From Candidatus Kerfeldbacteria bacterium (GTDB lineage: Bacteria > Patescibacteriota > Patescibacteriia > UBA9570 > XYC2-FULL-38-9), in assembly GCA_043813585.1 (NCBI GenBank), contig JBDRKW010000006.1, positions 15,444 to 79,443 of the forward strand: 64,000 bases of DNA, given 5' to 3'. The notes under the pieces are model-generated. The model had not been told where the DNA came from. It ran no database searches and worked only from the letters and a program-made list of their open reading frames with translations. Shown here piece after piece: positions 9,171-18,950 of the stretch. The first letter of the stretch is position 1. Every line of letters starts with the position of its first letter. The translations under genes and the position numbers were made by a program.

Positions 9171-9731
9171 ATGAAAATCTACACAAAAACCGGCGACACC
9201 GGCGAAACAAACCTCCTCTGCGGCGCGCGCATCACAAAGGCGCACCCGCGCATCGAAGCGTACGGCACGGTGGACGAGCTGAACGCCTGCCTCGGCATCG
9301 CAATCGCGGACGGGCGCGAACGCAACACCGGTATCAATGTGGAACGGCTGCTGCGGCCGATTCAGCGGGAACTCTTTATTATCGGCTCCCACCTGGCAAC
9401 GCAGTGCGAACCGAGCACCATGTCCAAATCCATCCCCCCGCTCAAGGACGACGCGGTCCAGCACCTGGAACATGAAATTGACGAGCTATCGGAGTCGCTG
9501 CCCCCGCTGAAAAACTTCATCCTGCCGGGCGGCACGACAACCGGCGCGCACCTCCACCTCGCGCGGACCGTTTGCCGCCGCGCCGAGCGGGCTGTCATCC
9601 GCCTTTCCCAAAATGAAGAGATACCGCCCATCATGGTGCGGTACCTCAATCGATTGTCTGATTACTTGTTTGTGCTCGCCCGCGCGGTCAACGCGGACCA
9701 GGGCGCTTCCGAAGAAACCTGGGAAGCGTAG
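9171..9731 (+). CDS. PduO-type ATP:cob(I)alamin adenosyltransferase
   Basis: N-terminus MKIYTKTGDTGETNLLCGARITKAHPRIEAYGTVDELNA is typical of the PduO/MMAB family. Confidence 0.8.
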   Translation: MKIYTKTGDTGETNLLCGARITKAHPRIEAYGTVDELNACLGIAIADGRERNTGINVERLLRPIQRELFIIGSHLATQCEPSTMSKSIPPLKDDAVQHLEHEIDELSESLPPLKNFILPGGTTTGAHLHLARTVCRRAERAVIRLSQNEEIPPIMVRYLNRLSDYLFVLARAVNADQGASEETWEA

Positions 9732-9745
9732 CCAACTCGTCCGGT

Positions 9746-12079
9746 CTAAGGCCAGTAGTCAACCGCCGGGACGATCCCGCCCTGTGAAACCGACAAACCG
9801 CGGATCAGGTCGTCTTTCTGTCCGTCCGTATTCTGCACGCGCACGGTGTACCGGCCGGCCGGCATGGACTGAATGGGCATCTCCACCACGATGCGGGTTG
9901 AAGAAATGACATAGGTATTTACGGCGTTGTACGGGCCGATCTTCGCCGTTATCCCGTGGCGGAAATCCGAACCGTAGACGTCCACTTTTGCGTTCCCGCC
10001 GCCAAACCATTCTTTTCCGATAAGGCCGGGTGAAACGAACGACAACGCCGGGGCCGGATCGGTATAAGGCACGTTTCCGCGGATATCAACCGAACGGATC
10101 ATATCATTCCACATATCGGCGACCAAAACCTTGTTCTTCAGACCGAGCATGCCTTTAGGATTATTGAACTTGCTGTCGGTGCGGCTGCCGTTCTGAAAAC
10201 CGCGCGCGCCAGAACCGCTCACCAGTTTCGTCACCTTGTTCGCCCGGTCGATCGCGCGGATCCGGTTGCTGCCGACCTCGGAAACGTAGAGATGGCCGTC
10301 CTTCCCCCGCTCAATCCATTCCGGATACGAGAACAGCGCCTGGTCCAGGGTCGCATCCAGGTAGCCGTTGCTGCCGGTGCCGGCAAACGTCGTCACCTTC
10401 TTCGTCTCCAGGTTCAGCCGGCGGATGCGGTGGTTGTCGCGGTCCGCAATATACAGGTATTTTCCGGACTTGCTGCGCGTGATGCCGATCGGCGCGTGGA
10501 ACTTCGCGCTCAGCGCATCGCCGTCCGCATACCCGGCAGCTCCGGTGCCCGCAATCGTCTTCACCTTGCCCTTGTTCGGACCGATCAGCGTCACCCGGCG
10601 GATCACATTATTACCCGCATCCGTCACAAACATGAACTTGCCGTTGCGCGAGCGCACCGAACCCATCGGCCCGCTGAAATACGCGCACCCGGATTCGCCC
10701 GTGTCAAATTCGTTCTTGCACGGCATGCCGTCCTGCAGGTCGTTGTAGTTGGACGAATGCATGTTGATCTTTCCGGCGCCGGTCAGGTATTTCGTTTCGC
10801 CGGTGGCGATCACCACTTCGCGGATCCGGTTGTTGTTGCGGTCAACCGCAAATATCTTCTCGCCGTTTTTCGAAACGACAAACGACGAGATGTCGGAAAA
10901 CCGCGCATTCTCTCCGTAGTAGGATTTCTTGTCATCAGCATTATAGTTGTCGATCACATTGCCTGCGATCACTTTTGACGATTTCCCGCCCCGCTTCATC
11001 TGCCGCAGGCGGTTGTTCTCGGAAAAATATATCTTTCCCTTGTCCTTTGACAGCCGCATGAACTTCGGCCGTCCGACCAACACCGGTTTTTTCTTCTTTA
11101 CGTTGAACCGGTTCTTGCCGGCGAACTTCTCGTTCACGTTCGCGTCGCTTAGCTTGTACTTCTGGATAATGCCGATTCCGGTTGAAGCAACATACAGGTA
11201 ATTGCCGTAGTGCGTCAGCCCGCGCGGGTAGTTGATCGAAACCATGTTCTTGTCCGACGCAAAGGTGGAAACGGTACAGCCCGAAAGGTCAATCTTGCGG
11301 ACATAATCGTCATACCCGTTCCCGTCGCTCACATACAGCGTATTGTCGTCCGTCAGGTGCACGCCCCACAGGTTGTTGAACGTGGCGCTGCCGCAGCCCC
11401 CGTCCTTATGGCCTTCCGACCCGGTTCCGGCAATCGTGGTTATGGCGGTGGTGTTCAGGTTCACGCGCTTGACCTGGTGCGTGCCCGCGTTGGCAATATA
11501 CGCGTATTTCCCGTCGCTTGTGATGGCCAGTTTCTTCGGGTTGTTCAGAGAACCGGAGATGTTCGTCACGGCCCCTCCGTAAATGGAAACTTTTTTTAAT
11601 TGATTGTTGCCGGTGTCCAGGAAATACACCCAGCTGCCGGACACGGCCACGCCCTGCGGCTTGTTGAGCCCGCTCACAACCGTTGTCACATATCCGTCCT
11701 TGATCCGCTTGATCTTGCCGTTATCCGTATCAGCCACAAAAATCATGCCGCTGCCCTGGGCCACGCCGGCCGGGAGCGCAAAACGCGAGCTGCCTGATGA
11801 TCCGTTCTGGTCGCCGTACGAGCCGTTGCCGGCGATGGTTTTTACCTTGCCGGTGCGGGTGATGCGGCGGATGACGTTGTTATAGGTATCGGCAATGATA
11901 AACCCGCCTTTAGAATTGACGGTGATATCTTCCGGAAAGTCGAAATACGCATTCAGCGGGGCTTTGCCGTCACCCCAATAGATACGGCTCTTGTAGGTTG
12001 TCGTGTCGCCGTACGCGGCATGCGCAACGATCGGCAACAGCAATGCGGCAATGAAAACCGCGATGGCTTTGCGAAACAT
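9746..12079 (-). CDS. secreted NHL-repeat protein with a C-terminal IPT/TIG domain
   Basis: Signal peptide MFRKAIAVFIAALLLPIVAHA. Repeated YVADxxNxRIRR-type NHL blades. C-terminal Ig-like IPT domain (TVRVQNTDGQ). Confidence 0.65.
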   Translation of the reverse strand: MFRKAIAVFIAALLLPIVAHAAYGDTTTYKSRIYWGDGKAPLNAYFDFPEDITVNSKGGFIIADTYNNVIRRITRTGKVKTIAGNGSYGDQNGSSGSSRFALPAGVAQGSGMIFVADTDNGKIKRIKDGYVTTVVSGLNKPQGVAVSGSWVYFLDTGNNQLKKVSIYGGAVTNISGSLNNPKKLAITSDGKYAYIANAGTHQVKRVNLNTTAITTIAGTGSEGHKDGGCGSATFNNLWGVHLTDDNTLYVSDGNGYDDYVRKIDLSGCTVSTFASDKNMVSINYPRGLTHYGNYLYVASTGIGIIQKYKLSDANVNEKFAGKNRFNVKKKKPVLVGRPKFMRLSKDKGKIYFSENNRLRQMKRGGKSSKVIAGNVIDNYNADDKKSYYGENARFSDISSFVVSKNGEKIFAVDRNNNRIREVVIATGETKYLTGAGKINMHSSNYNDLQDGMPCKNEFDTGESGCAYFSGPMGSVRSRNGKFMFVTDAGNNVIRRVTLIGPNKGKVKTIAGTGAAGYADGDALSAKFHAPIGITRSKSGKYLYIADRDNHRIRRLNLETKKVTTFAGTGSNGYLDATLDQALFSYPEWIERGKDGHLYVSEVGSNRIRAIDRANKVTKLVSGSGARGFQNGSRTDSKFNNPKGMLGLKNKVLVADMWNDMIRSVDIRGNVPYTDPAPALSFVSPGLIGKEWFGGGNAKVDVYGSDFRHGITAKIGPYNAVNTYVISSTRIVVEMPIQSMPAGRYTVRVQNTDGQKDDLIRGLSVSQGGIVPAVDYWP

Positions 12080-12159
12080 AAGCGATGGTTTAATGGTTTG
12101 TTTTATTCACTATGCCACAGCAGGAGCGATTTGTAAAAGCATTTTTCAGATAAAAAAAC

Positions 12160-12200
12160 GAGACCGGGGCCGGCTTCGTGCGATTGATGTGATCTCTCGC
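12160..12200 (-). terminator. rho-independent terminator at the 3' end of the high-GC island
   Basis: Minus-strand RNA CGAAGCCGGCCCCGGUCUCG + U7. Confidence 0.5.
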
Positions 12201-12248
12201 TCGAAGCCGACCGCCGGTCGCTTGCCAGTCTTTGGCTACACCGCGGTA

Positions 12249-13898
12249 CTACCAGTACCGCGGACACTCGCTTGGGTCGATGCCGGGCCCCGGAGCCGCA
12301 CCGCTCGCGCACCGCGCCAGCATGTCCACCCTGTTGGTGAGCACGTTGGCGTTCCCGGTGAACGTCGAGCAGGCTCCGATGATGTCGGTCGCGGTCCCCA
12401 CCACGAAGGTGTTCGTGGGACCGTACGTGTTCCGGAGCTGAATCCTCTGCTCACCGGCCCACTTCCCCGAGGGGTTGTGGTCCAGCGTGGTGATCTTCCC
12501 CGAAGGGATGTCCACCACCGGTCCCGACATCTGGTTCCCGTACATGTCCCGACGGACCACTCGCATCCAGTTGCCCTGCCCCTCACGGATCGAGATCCGG
12601 TTGGTGCCGTTGGGCAGCTGGGTGTTGCCGCAGATCCCCACGTAGATGGGGTCCCCGCCGTCGGCCGCCATCTGCAGGTCCGCCCGCCCCACGTCCGCGG
12701 TCTCCCCCAGTCCGAGGGCGACCACGTACGGAAACGTTGCGTCCCTGCTCATGACGTACTCGACATCGCCGGCCTTGAACCCCCCGTAGAGGGCCATCAG
12801 GACGACCGTCAAGATTCCAATGCCTCCGAAGAGGAGAACGGCAGAGAGAAGCCATTCACTCTTCAGGGATCCGACTCCGATGAGCAGCAGCAGTACCGCG
12901 ACCGTGGCGAAGAACCAGGGGCTCTTCGTCATGCTGCCGCGCGAGTCCGGAGTCGCGCCCGCTGCCTGCTTCAGCACCTGGGCACCCGTTGCCACGACCT
13001 TGTCGGCCGTGGTGGAGACCGTCGGGGATCCGCTGCTGCTTCCGCTTCCGCCGTTCTTCTTCTCCTCCAGCTCCTTCTCCACGGTGGAGATGTACTCGGC
13101 AGGGTTGTCCCCGATGCGCACGCCGTGCTCCACCCAGGAGTCCATGGTGGCCTGGTGCTTCTCATCGTACTGCTGGTAGCGCACCACACCCCCGTTGCGC
13201 TCGCTCTTCTTCGACACGCGAATGCCGATGAAGGTCGGGTCACCGCTGGGGATGGTGGGGTGGTAGCGGCAGCCTTTTCCCAACCGGCCGATGTTCACCG
13301 GGTGTGCGGTATCCGTGATCTCGTCCAGAGACTCACGGGCGTAGGGGCTCACGTGGGGGCAGATCGCCACCGTCTTCTCGCCGGTCCAGGGGTTCATGTA
13401 CTGCGGGACGAGCAAGCCGTCCACAGCCGAGAAGCCCCCGACCAGGACAGAGATGACGACGAACGACCAGATGGCCACTTTGGGTGCATCGGCCACGAGC
13501 TTGAGCCAGAGGCTCGCCGCAACCGCCACACCCACCACGCCGATCGGGATAGTCGCGACCCGGAGGATCAGCGGCCATTCGAACACCGTCATCAACCACG
13601 TGATCGACCGGAACATCATCCAGTCGACCACCACGAGCACCCACAGAACCAGCAGGATGTTCCCGACCTTCTTCAAGGTCGGGGCCTGCATCTTGATGTA
13701 GAGCCCGTAGATGAGACCGACGATGCCGAGGTACCCGACCGACAGGATGATCGTGCCCAGGGTGATACCCACGGGCAGGCCGATCATCTGGGAGGTCAGC
13801 GTGATGACGTAGAAGAGGGTCGCCAACAGGCCGACCAGGACGGAGGGAATGACGTACCAGAGGTGCGCCTTGCACCAGGTTTTGATCTTGTTCAACAT
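12249..13898 (-). CDS. large polytopic membrane protein of unknown function inside the high-GC island. Cys-containing extracytoplasmic domains.
   Basis: 549 aa. About 6 N-terminal TM helices plus a central TM pair. Realistic amino-acid composition, whereas the overlapping + strand 1003-aa ORF is R/G/P/H-rich artefact. Confidence 0.6.
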   Translation of the reverse strand: MLNKIKTWCKAHLWYVIPSVLVGLLATLFYVITLTSQMIGLPVGITLGTIILSVGYLGIVGLIYGLYIKMQAPTLKKVGNILLVLWVLVVVDWMMFRSITWLMTVFEWPLILRVATIPIGVVGVAVAASLWLKLVADAPKVAIWSFVVISVLVGGFSAVDGLLVPQYMNPWTGEKTVAICPHVSPYARESLDEITDTAHPVNIGRLGKGCRYHPTIPSGDPTFIGIRVSKKSERNGGVVRYQQYDEKHQATMDSWVEHGVRIGDNPAEYISTVEKELEEKKNGGSGSSSGSPTVSTTADKVVATGAQVLKQAAGATPDSRGSMTKSPWFFATVAVLLLLIGVGSLKSEWLLSAVLLFGGIGILTVVLMALYGGFKAGDVEYVMSRDATFPYVVALGLGETADVGRADLQMAADGGDPIYVGICGNTQLPNGTNRISIREGQGNWMRVVRRDMYGNQMSGPVVDIPSGKITTLDHNPSGKWAGEQRIQLRNTYGPTNTFVVGTATDIIGACSTFTGNANVLTNRVDMLARCASGAAPGPGIDPSECPRYW

Positions 13899-13964
13899 TT
13901 CGGTATCTCCAGGCCCGGGAGCGATTGCAGCCGCCCCCGGGCATCAGTGTTGTCGTTCTGCGTT

Positions 13965-15086
13965 CTACTTGTTGTCCTTCGAGCCGGAGCCCGAGGACGA
14001 CCTGCTGCTGATCCAGGCCTCCGCGAGCGGCCGCAGGAGCGTTCCCGCGGTCGCCACAGCGGCCACCATGTTCTTGCCGGCCGGGTCCAGTCCCGCGCCG
14101 ACCTTGTTGACGACGGCCGCGGTCTCGGTAGCCGTTTCGCTGGCGGCCGACTGGATGGCCTTGGTCTTGATCCTGGTGACCTCGAGGCCGTAGTCGCGGA
14201 GGTCACCGTTGAGGAGCTGCTTCGCGTGGCTGTTAATCCGCGCGAAGTTCTCCGGGGTGTGGTGGCCGGAGTCGGTGATGATCTCCGCCCCATCAGCGCC
14301 CAGCCGGGTCAGACCGACGTTGTAGGCCGGCCCGAACAACTGCTTCACGACGTCCACCGGCTTCTTGTCGAGCCGGGTCAGCAACTGCTGCGCGATCTTC
14401 TCGTCCACCAGACCGCTGTCGGAGCGGCGGACGCGGTAGTAGACCACGCAGTCAACCTTGTACGACTCACCACCGGGGTTGACGGTGATGGTGAGCTCGA
14501 TCTGCTTTTCGGACAGGTCGATGTCGGCGTACGGCATCATGAAGAGGGGCAGCCCGATAGCCACCTGGCCGGCGCCCATGCCGTTGACCGTCCATCCGCC
14601 TTCCGAGTCGATTCCGCCAGTCAAGACGTTTCGGAACACGCGGACCTGATCGGCGGGCAGCATCCGCAAGTGGCTCTTGCCCCTGGCGTCGGACACGATC
14701 TCGCTCGTGATGAGCGTCGTGTCCTCGCCGCTGCCGGTGGTCGGGGTCGCGGAGCCGCTGCCGCTCTTCTCCGACTTGTCGCCCTTGCGACCGAAGAAGA
14801 GGTAGACGGCCAGCGCTCCGGCCGCGATGAGGCCGAGCAGCAGGACGATCAGACCGAGGATCCAGCTCAACGCGCCCGTGAGCGCGCTGAGGATGACCAC
14901 CGCGTTGATGCCGATGGTGACCAAGACCTTGCGCTTGGTCGTCCACCAGCTGTCGCTGCTCTCGGTGGGCGGGGTGGGGGCGGTCGGCGGGGTTCCGCCG
15001 GTCGAACCGGTTGAGGTTGCGGGGGCGCTGGAGGGCGTGGTGACGCCCATGTCCAGCATGTCGATTCCCGAGTGGTCGATTTCCAT
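13965..15086 (-). CDS. SPFH/band-7-like membrane protein with S/T/P/G-rich termini, inside the high-GC island
   Basis: Single N-terminal TM. The core ...IELTITVNPGGESYKVDCVVYYRVRRSD...DYGLEVTRIKTKAIQ resembles the SPFH fold. The assignment is tentative. Confidence 0.45.
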   Translation of the reverse strand: MEIDHSGIDMLDMGVTTPSSAPATSTGSTGGTPPTAPTPPTESSDSWWTTKRKVLVTIGINAVVILSALTGALSWILGLIVLLLGLIAAGALAVYLFFGRKGDKSEKSGSGSATPTTGSGEDTTLITSEIVSDARGKSHLRMLPADQVRVFRNVLTGGIDSEGGWTVNGMGAGQVAIGLPLFMMPYADIDLSEKQIELTITVNPGGESYKVDCVVYYRVRRSDSGLVDEKIAQQLLTRLDKKPVDVVKQLFGPAYNVGLTRLGADGAEIITDSGHHTPENFARINSHAKQLLNGDLRDYGLEVTRIKTKAIQSAASETATETAAVVNKVGAGLDPAGKNMVAAVATAGTLLRPLAEAWISSRSSSGSGSKDNK

Positions 15087-15711
15087 TTCGAACTCCCTTT
15101 TCTGTGTTCGACCCGGTCGCTTGCGCGCCGGGAATTCTGTTCAGTGGTTCGGGTTCTCGTGACCTAATGTGTCAGAAATGCCCAATGCCTTTGTATTGGT
15201 AGTTTATTGTATAGCCTAGACTGTCAAAGTTCGCCGTTTGTCTTACTGCGTTCCGCGCAAAAAGCGCAAATCGCAGAAGAGGACGAACGGTGAATCGTGA
15301 AGTCAAAAATTTGACCGCACCATTCACGGTTCGTTCCAAAAAGAGAATCCTCCCTCCATATATTGTAGGCAAGTCGAATCTCTCTCCCCGGTTTTGAATG
15401 TACTCTCTCCGTCATTAAATGACCCAAAATATTACACCAAAACAACACATTTGTCAAGGGTACGAACCGGCTCCAAACGTACCTTTTGAACGAAAAAAAA
15501 TACGCTAACATAAGCAAAAAACATCCATAGAAGAACAAACGCTCCTTGCCGGCAACATATGCTGCGCGCGCTCCATACGATAACCACCGCCCAACAGACC
15601 AACCGCAATCCGAGCTCTCAACGTCGACCGCGTCACTAACAAAAAACGGGAACCCATTGTTCCACGCTTTTTCCATGTTCCACTTTTTTCCGGCCTTCGC
15701 GTCAAGACCTA

Positions 15712-17565
15712 TTACTCGGTCGCGTCGGGCGGAATCTGCATATAGTTCACCAGGTATTGCGCCATATCGCTAAACACCGGCGCAGCTGAAGCGGCCGACC
15801 ACAACACGTCCTTTGGTTCGTCAATCTTCACCAGAATCACGAACTGCGGGTCAGACACCGGCCCGTACCCCACAAACGTATCTTTATGCCGATTCGCGTC
15901 ATACCCTGCACCGTTCCCTTTTGGAATCTGTGCCGTTCCGGTCTTGCCCGCCATGTGGTAGCCGTCCACCTCTGCCAGGATGGCATGCCCGCCTTCCACC
16001 ACGCGCACGAGCATGGCGGAGATCGTCCGCGCAGTCGGTTCGGACAGCGGCTGCCCCGCCACGACCGGTTCGGTTTGTTCCTGGTATCCGTTTGACTTTA
16101 CCACGCGGTCAACAACGTACGGCTTCATCATTGTACCGCCGTTTGCGAGCGACCCGAACGCCTGGATCAGCTGCATGGGCGTGACGGTCAGCCCCTGGCC
16201 ATACGACGACGTGGCGCTGTAAATATCGCGCTCCTTTGCAACGCCGGAGATGTCTCCGCTTTGTTCGCCGTCCAGTTCAATCCCGGTCGCCTTCCCAAAG
16301 CCGAAGTTCCTCACGTAATCATGCCACTTCTCATTGCCGACCTTCTGCACCACAAAAATCGAACCGGTGTTCAGCGAGTCCTCCAGCACCCTGGTCATGT
16401 CCACCACGCCGTTGGCTTTGCCGTCCGAATTATGGATCGTATACTGGCCGATCTCCACAGAACCGGTATCTTCATAGGTCGTGTACGGGCTCACTAGGTT
16501 CTCGTTAAGGCCGGCTGACATGGTAAACGACTTGAACACCGAGCCCGGTTCGTACTGATCCGCGATCGCATCATTAATAAACACCTTGATGTCTTCGACG
16601 TCCCCGTAGTTATTCGGATCCCAAAGGGGCGCATTGCAGAGCGCCTTTATCGCTCCGGTGGAAGGGTCCATCACGATCATCGTACCCTGGTTTGCGCTGT
16701 GCTTCTCTACTGCCGCAGTGATCAGCGAACAGGCCTTGTACTGGATATTCTTATCAATCGTCAAAATGAGCGTATCGCCGTCTTGTGCTTCCACAATTGA
16801 TTTTTCACCGACCGCGATAAACCGGCCGGATGCATCCAGCTCTGTCGACAGCGAACCGGCCTCCCCGGCCAGCCGGCGGTTGAAATACCCTTCAAGGTTA
16901 TACTGCCCACGGCGCTGCTCATCGACAAAGCCCACAAAACCGGTTACTGACGAGGTGACGTCTCCCTCCGGATAATAGCGCGTTTCCTCCGGCGACCAGT
17001 GGATGCCGTCCAGTGCCTGCTCTTCAATGACCTTCTCGAGCGCTTCCAGTTCCTGGTCAGATACCTGATGCTTCAGCGGTTCATACACGTCTTCGGGCTT
17101 GGTCAGGCGCGACAACACCACTTCCGGATCCATCCCCAGAATCGGCGCTATCGCATCAGCCGTTTTCTGCGCATCCAGAACCTGCCTGGGGTTCGCATAC
17201 ACGTGCTGCAGCGTCCGGTTCGTGGCAATCATCGTAATGCCGGAATCGGCATAGTCATCCTTTGCATAGATCTCGCCGCGTTCCGGCAGCAGCTGCTTTA
17301 CCAGTTCATGCTGCCCGCTGGCCAGCGCCGCATAAAATGAATGGTCGAGAACCTGGATGATAAACAGCCGCGCGGACACCAAAAACCCTGCCAATACGAA
17401 CACCCCCATCAGTATCTTCAGCCGGTCAGCATCGACAAGTGCCGAAAACCGCGAATCGGATCCGTTTCCGCCGCGCTTTGCCCGCGCATTCCGCGCGCCG
17501 CTCTTCCGTGTTGTTGAATAGAATCGATTCATAGCCGGAGCGTACAAAAAACATGCCGTTTGCAT
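15712..17565 (-). CDS. ftsI: penicillin-binding protein 2 / FtsI-type peptidoglycan D,D-transpeptidase
   Basis: N-terminal TM, a PBP dimerisation domain and a transpeptidase domain. It sits in the dcw cluster downstream of ftsL. Confidence 0.8.
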   Translation of the reverse strand: MQTACFLYAPAMNRFYSTTRKSGARNARAKRGGNGSDSRFSALVDADRLKILMGVFVLAGFLVSARLFIIQVLDHSFYAALASGQHELVKQLLPERGEIYAKDDYADSGITMIATNRTLQHVYANPRQVLDAQKTADAIAPILGMDPEVVLSRLTKPEDVYEPLKHQVSDQELEALEKVIEEQALDGIHWSPEETRYYPEGDVTSSVTGFVGFVDEQRRGQYNLEGYFNRRLAGEAGSLSTELDASGRFIAVGEKSIVEAQDGDTLILTIDKNIQYKACSLITAAVEKHSANQGTMIVMDPSTGAIKALCNAPLWDPNNYGDVEDIKVFINDAIADQYEPGSVFKSFTMSAGLNENLVSPYTTYEDTGSVEIGQYTIHNSDGKANGVVDMTRVLEDSLNTGSIFVVQKVGNEKWHDYVRNFGFGKATGIELDGEQSGDISGVAKERDIYSATSSYGQGLTVTPMQLIQAFGSLANGGTMMKPYVVDRVVKSNGYQEQTEPVVAGQPLSEPTARTISAMLVRVVEGGHAILAEVDGYHMAGKTGTAQIPKGNGAGYDANRHKDTFVGYGPVSDPQFVILVKIDEPKDVLWSAASAAPVFSDMAQYLVNYMQIPPDATE

Positions 17566-17605
17566 TTTCGCTACTGGGCATGCTTAATACGCCATGTTGC
17601 TGGAT

Positions 17606-17971
17606 TTACTCGTTATCCGCAACCGCCACAGCCGTATCGCCCGTCGCATATTCAACCGTGCCGGAAGCGACCATTCCCATGGTCTGGCTCTGTTCCTGCA
17701 CATGATCGAGCGAACGGAGTGCGGTTTGCTTAATTTCAAGCCCCCTGTACTCCTCCTCGAGCGTAATTACATTGTTTTCCAAGTCCGACAGGTAAAATCC
17801 GCGCGCGGCAGAGCTGTTCACAAGCCACAGGTACGACAGTGCAAACAGCGCAATGCCGGCAATCAGGATAATCCGGACGCGCGTGGTATCGACCAGCGCC
17901 AACACCTCCCCCATTCGTGTCTGGGGCCGGTCGGATTTTTGTGCATGGAATCTGAATGAGAACTTGGTCAT
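17606..17971 (-). CDS. ftsL: cell division protein FtsL-like (septum formation initiator)
   Basis: Start at the internal Met MTKFSFRF, 4 nt after the rsmH stop. Single TM (ILIAGIALFALSYLWLV) followed by a coiled coil. The 5' extension in the ORF track overlaps rsmH. Confidence 0.55.
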   Translation of the reverse strand: MTKFSFRFHAQKSDRPQTRMGEVLALVDTTRVRIILIAGIALFALSYLWLVNSSAARGFYLSDLENNVITLEEEYRGLEIKQTALRSLDHVQEQSQTMGMVASGTVEYATGDTAVAVADNE

Positions 17972-17975
17972 AATT

Positions 17976-18908
17976 TTATTTTTTTTCTGCGATGCGGAGT
18001 TTTGCGCTCCGCGAACGCGGGTTTGTTTTTGTTTCTTCTTCCGAAGGTACGATTGGTTTTTTAGTAATAATGGAAAGGGTCGATTCGTGTTCGCAGCGGC
18101 ATTCGGGCAGCTCCGGCGGACAGACGCATTCCTGCGCGGCAAGCCGGAAGTACTGCTTGACGATCCGGTCTTCGAGCGAATGGAACGAAATCACCGCTAT
18201 CCGTCCTCCCGGCTTAAGCATGTTTACTGCAACCGGCAGAAACCGCTCGAGCGCGCCCAGTTCATCGTTGACCGCAATGCGCAGTGCCTGGAACAGCGTA
18301 GTTGCCGGATGGATCTTCTGGCGCCGTCCGCGTGGCAGGCATTCTTCCGCCAAATCCAGTAGGTCGCCGACCGTGGCAAACGGCTGCTGTTTCCTCCGCT
18401 CTTCCACTTTCATGGCAAACCGCCGGGGACGCATCATCTCGCCGTAGCTCCTGAAAATGCGCGTGAGCTCTTCAACGGGCGCTGTATCCAGAACGTCAGC
18501 TGCCGAATAGTCCGAACCGCTGCGGTCAAACCGCATATCAAGCTCTGCATCACGGTTCTTGAACGAAAACCCGCGCGTCGGGTCGTCCATCTGGTCGGAT
18601 GACAGCCCCAGGTCGAGCACAATGCCTGCAACCGGCAGAGTTTCGCTGATCGATTCCATGCTGTCAGCAATATTGGCATAGGAATCGTGCATCGGAATAA
18701 ATCGGTCACCGAACTCGCGCAGCGCCTCTGTCGCGCGCTTCAGGCTCTCGGCATCCCGGTCAAAACCGATCAGCCGGCCTTTCGGCGCTGTCGCCTCAAG
18801 GATGGCGCGTGCATGGCCGCCTGCCCCGACAGTGCCGTCAATGCAGTTGTCGCCTTCGGACAGGTTCAGGCCGCGAATCGTCTCTTGTAAAAGAACTGGT
18901 ACGTGCAT
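17976..18908 (-). CDS. rsmH: 16S rRNA (cytosine1402-N4)-methyltransferase RsmH (MraW)
   Basis: MHVPVLLQETIRGLNL...DGTVGAGGHA motif. Confidence 0.9.
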   Translation of the reverse strand: MHVPVLLQETIRGLNLSEGDNCIDGTVGAGGHARAILEATAPKGRLIGFDRDAESLKRATEALREFGDRFIPMHDSYANIADSMESISETLPVAGIVLDLGLSSDQMDDPTRGFSFKNRDAELDMRFDRSGSDYSAADVLDTAPVEELTRIFRSYGEMMRPRRFAMKVEERRKQQPFATVGDLLDLAEECLPRGRRQKIHPATTLFQALRIAVNDELGALERFLPVAVNMLKPGGRIAVISFHSLEDRIVKQYFRLAAQECVCPPELPECRCEHESTLSIITKKPIVPSEEETKTNPRSRSAKLRIAEKK

Positions 18909-18950
18909 GGGTGTTTATCAAAAGTCCCACATGGTCTCTCTGATTAGTTA

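Noticed and set aside
12003-15014. 1003-aa ORF on the + strand
   Set aside because: Its composition is dominated by R, G, P, H, D and A, and it overlaps two realistic minus-strand genes. It is the typical reverse-strand artefact of high-GC coding DNA.
15224-15676. 150-aa ORF in the AT-rich intergenic region
   Set aside because: Cys/Trp/Phe-rich implausible composition, no SD or promoter, and it lies in a region better explained as a non-coding island boundary.
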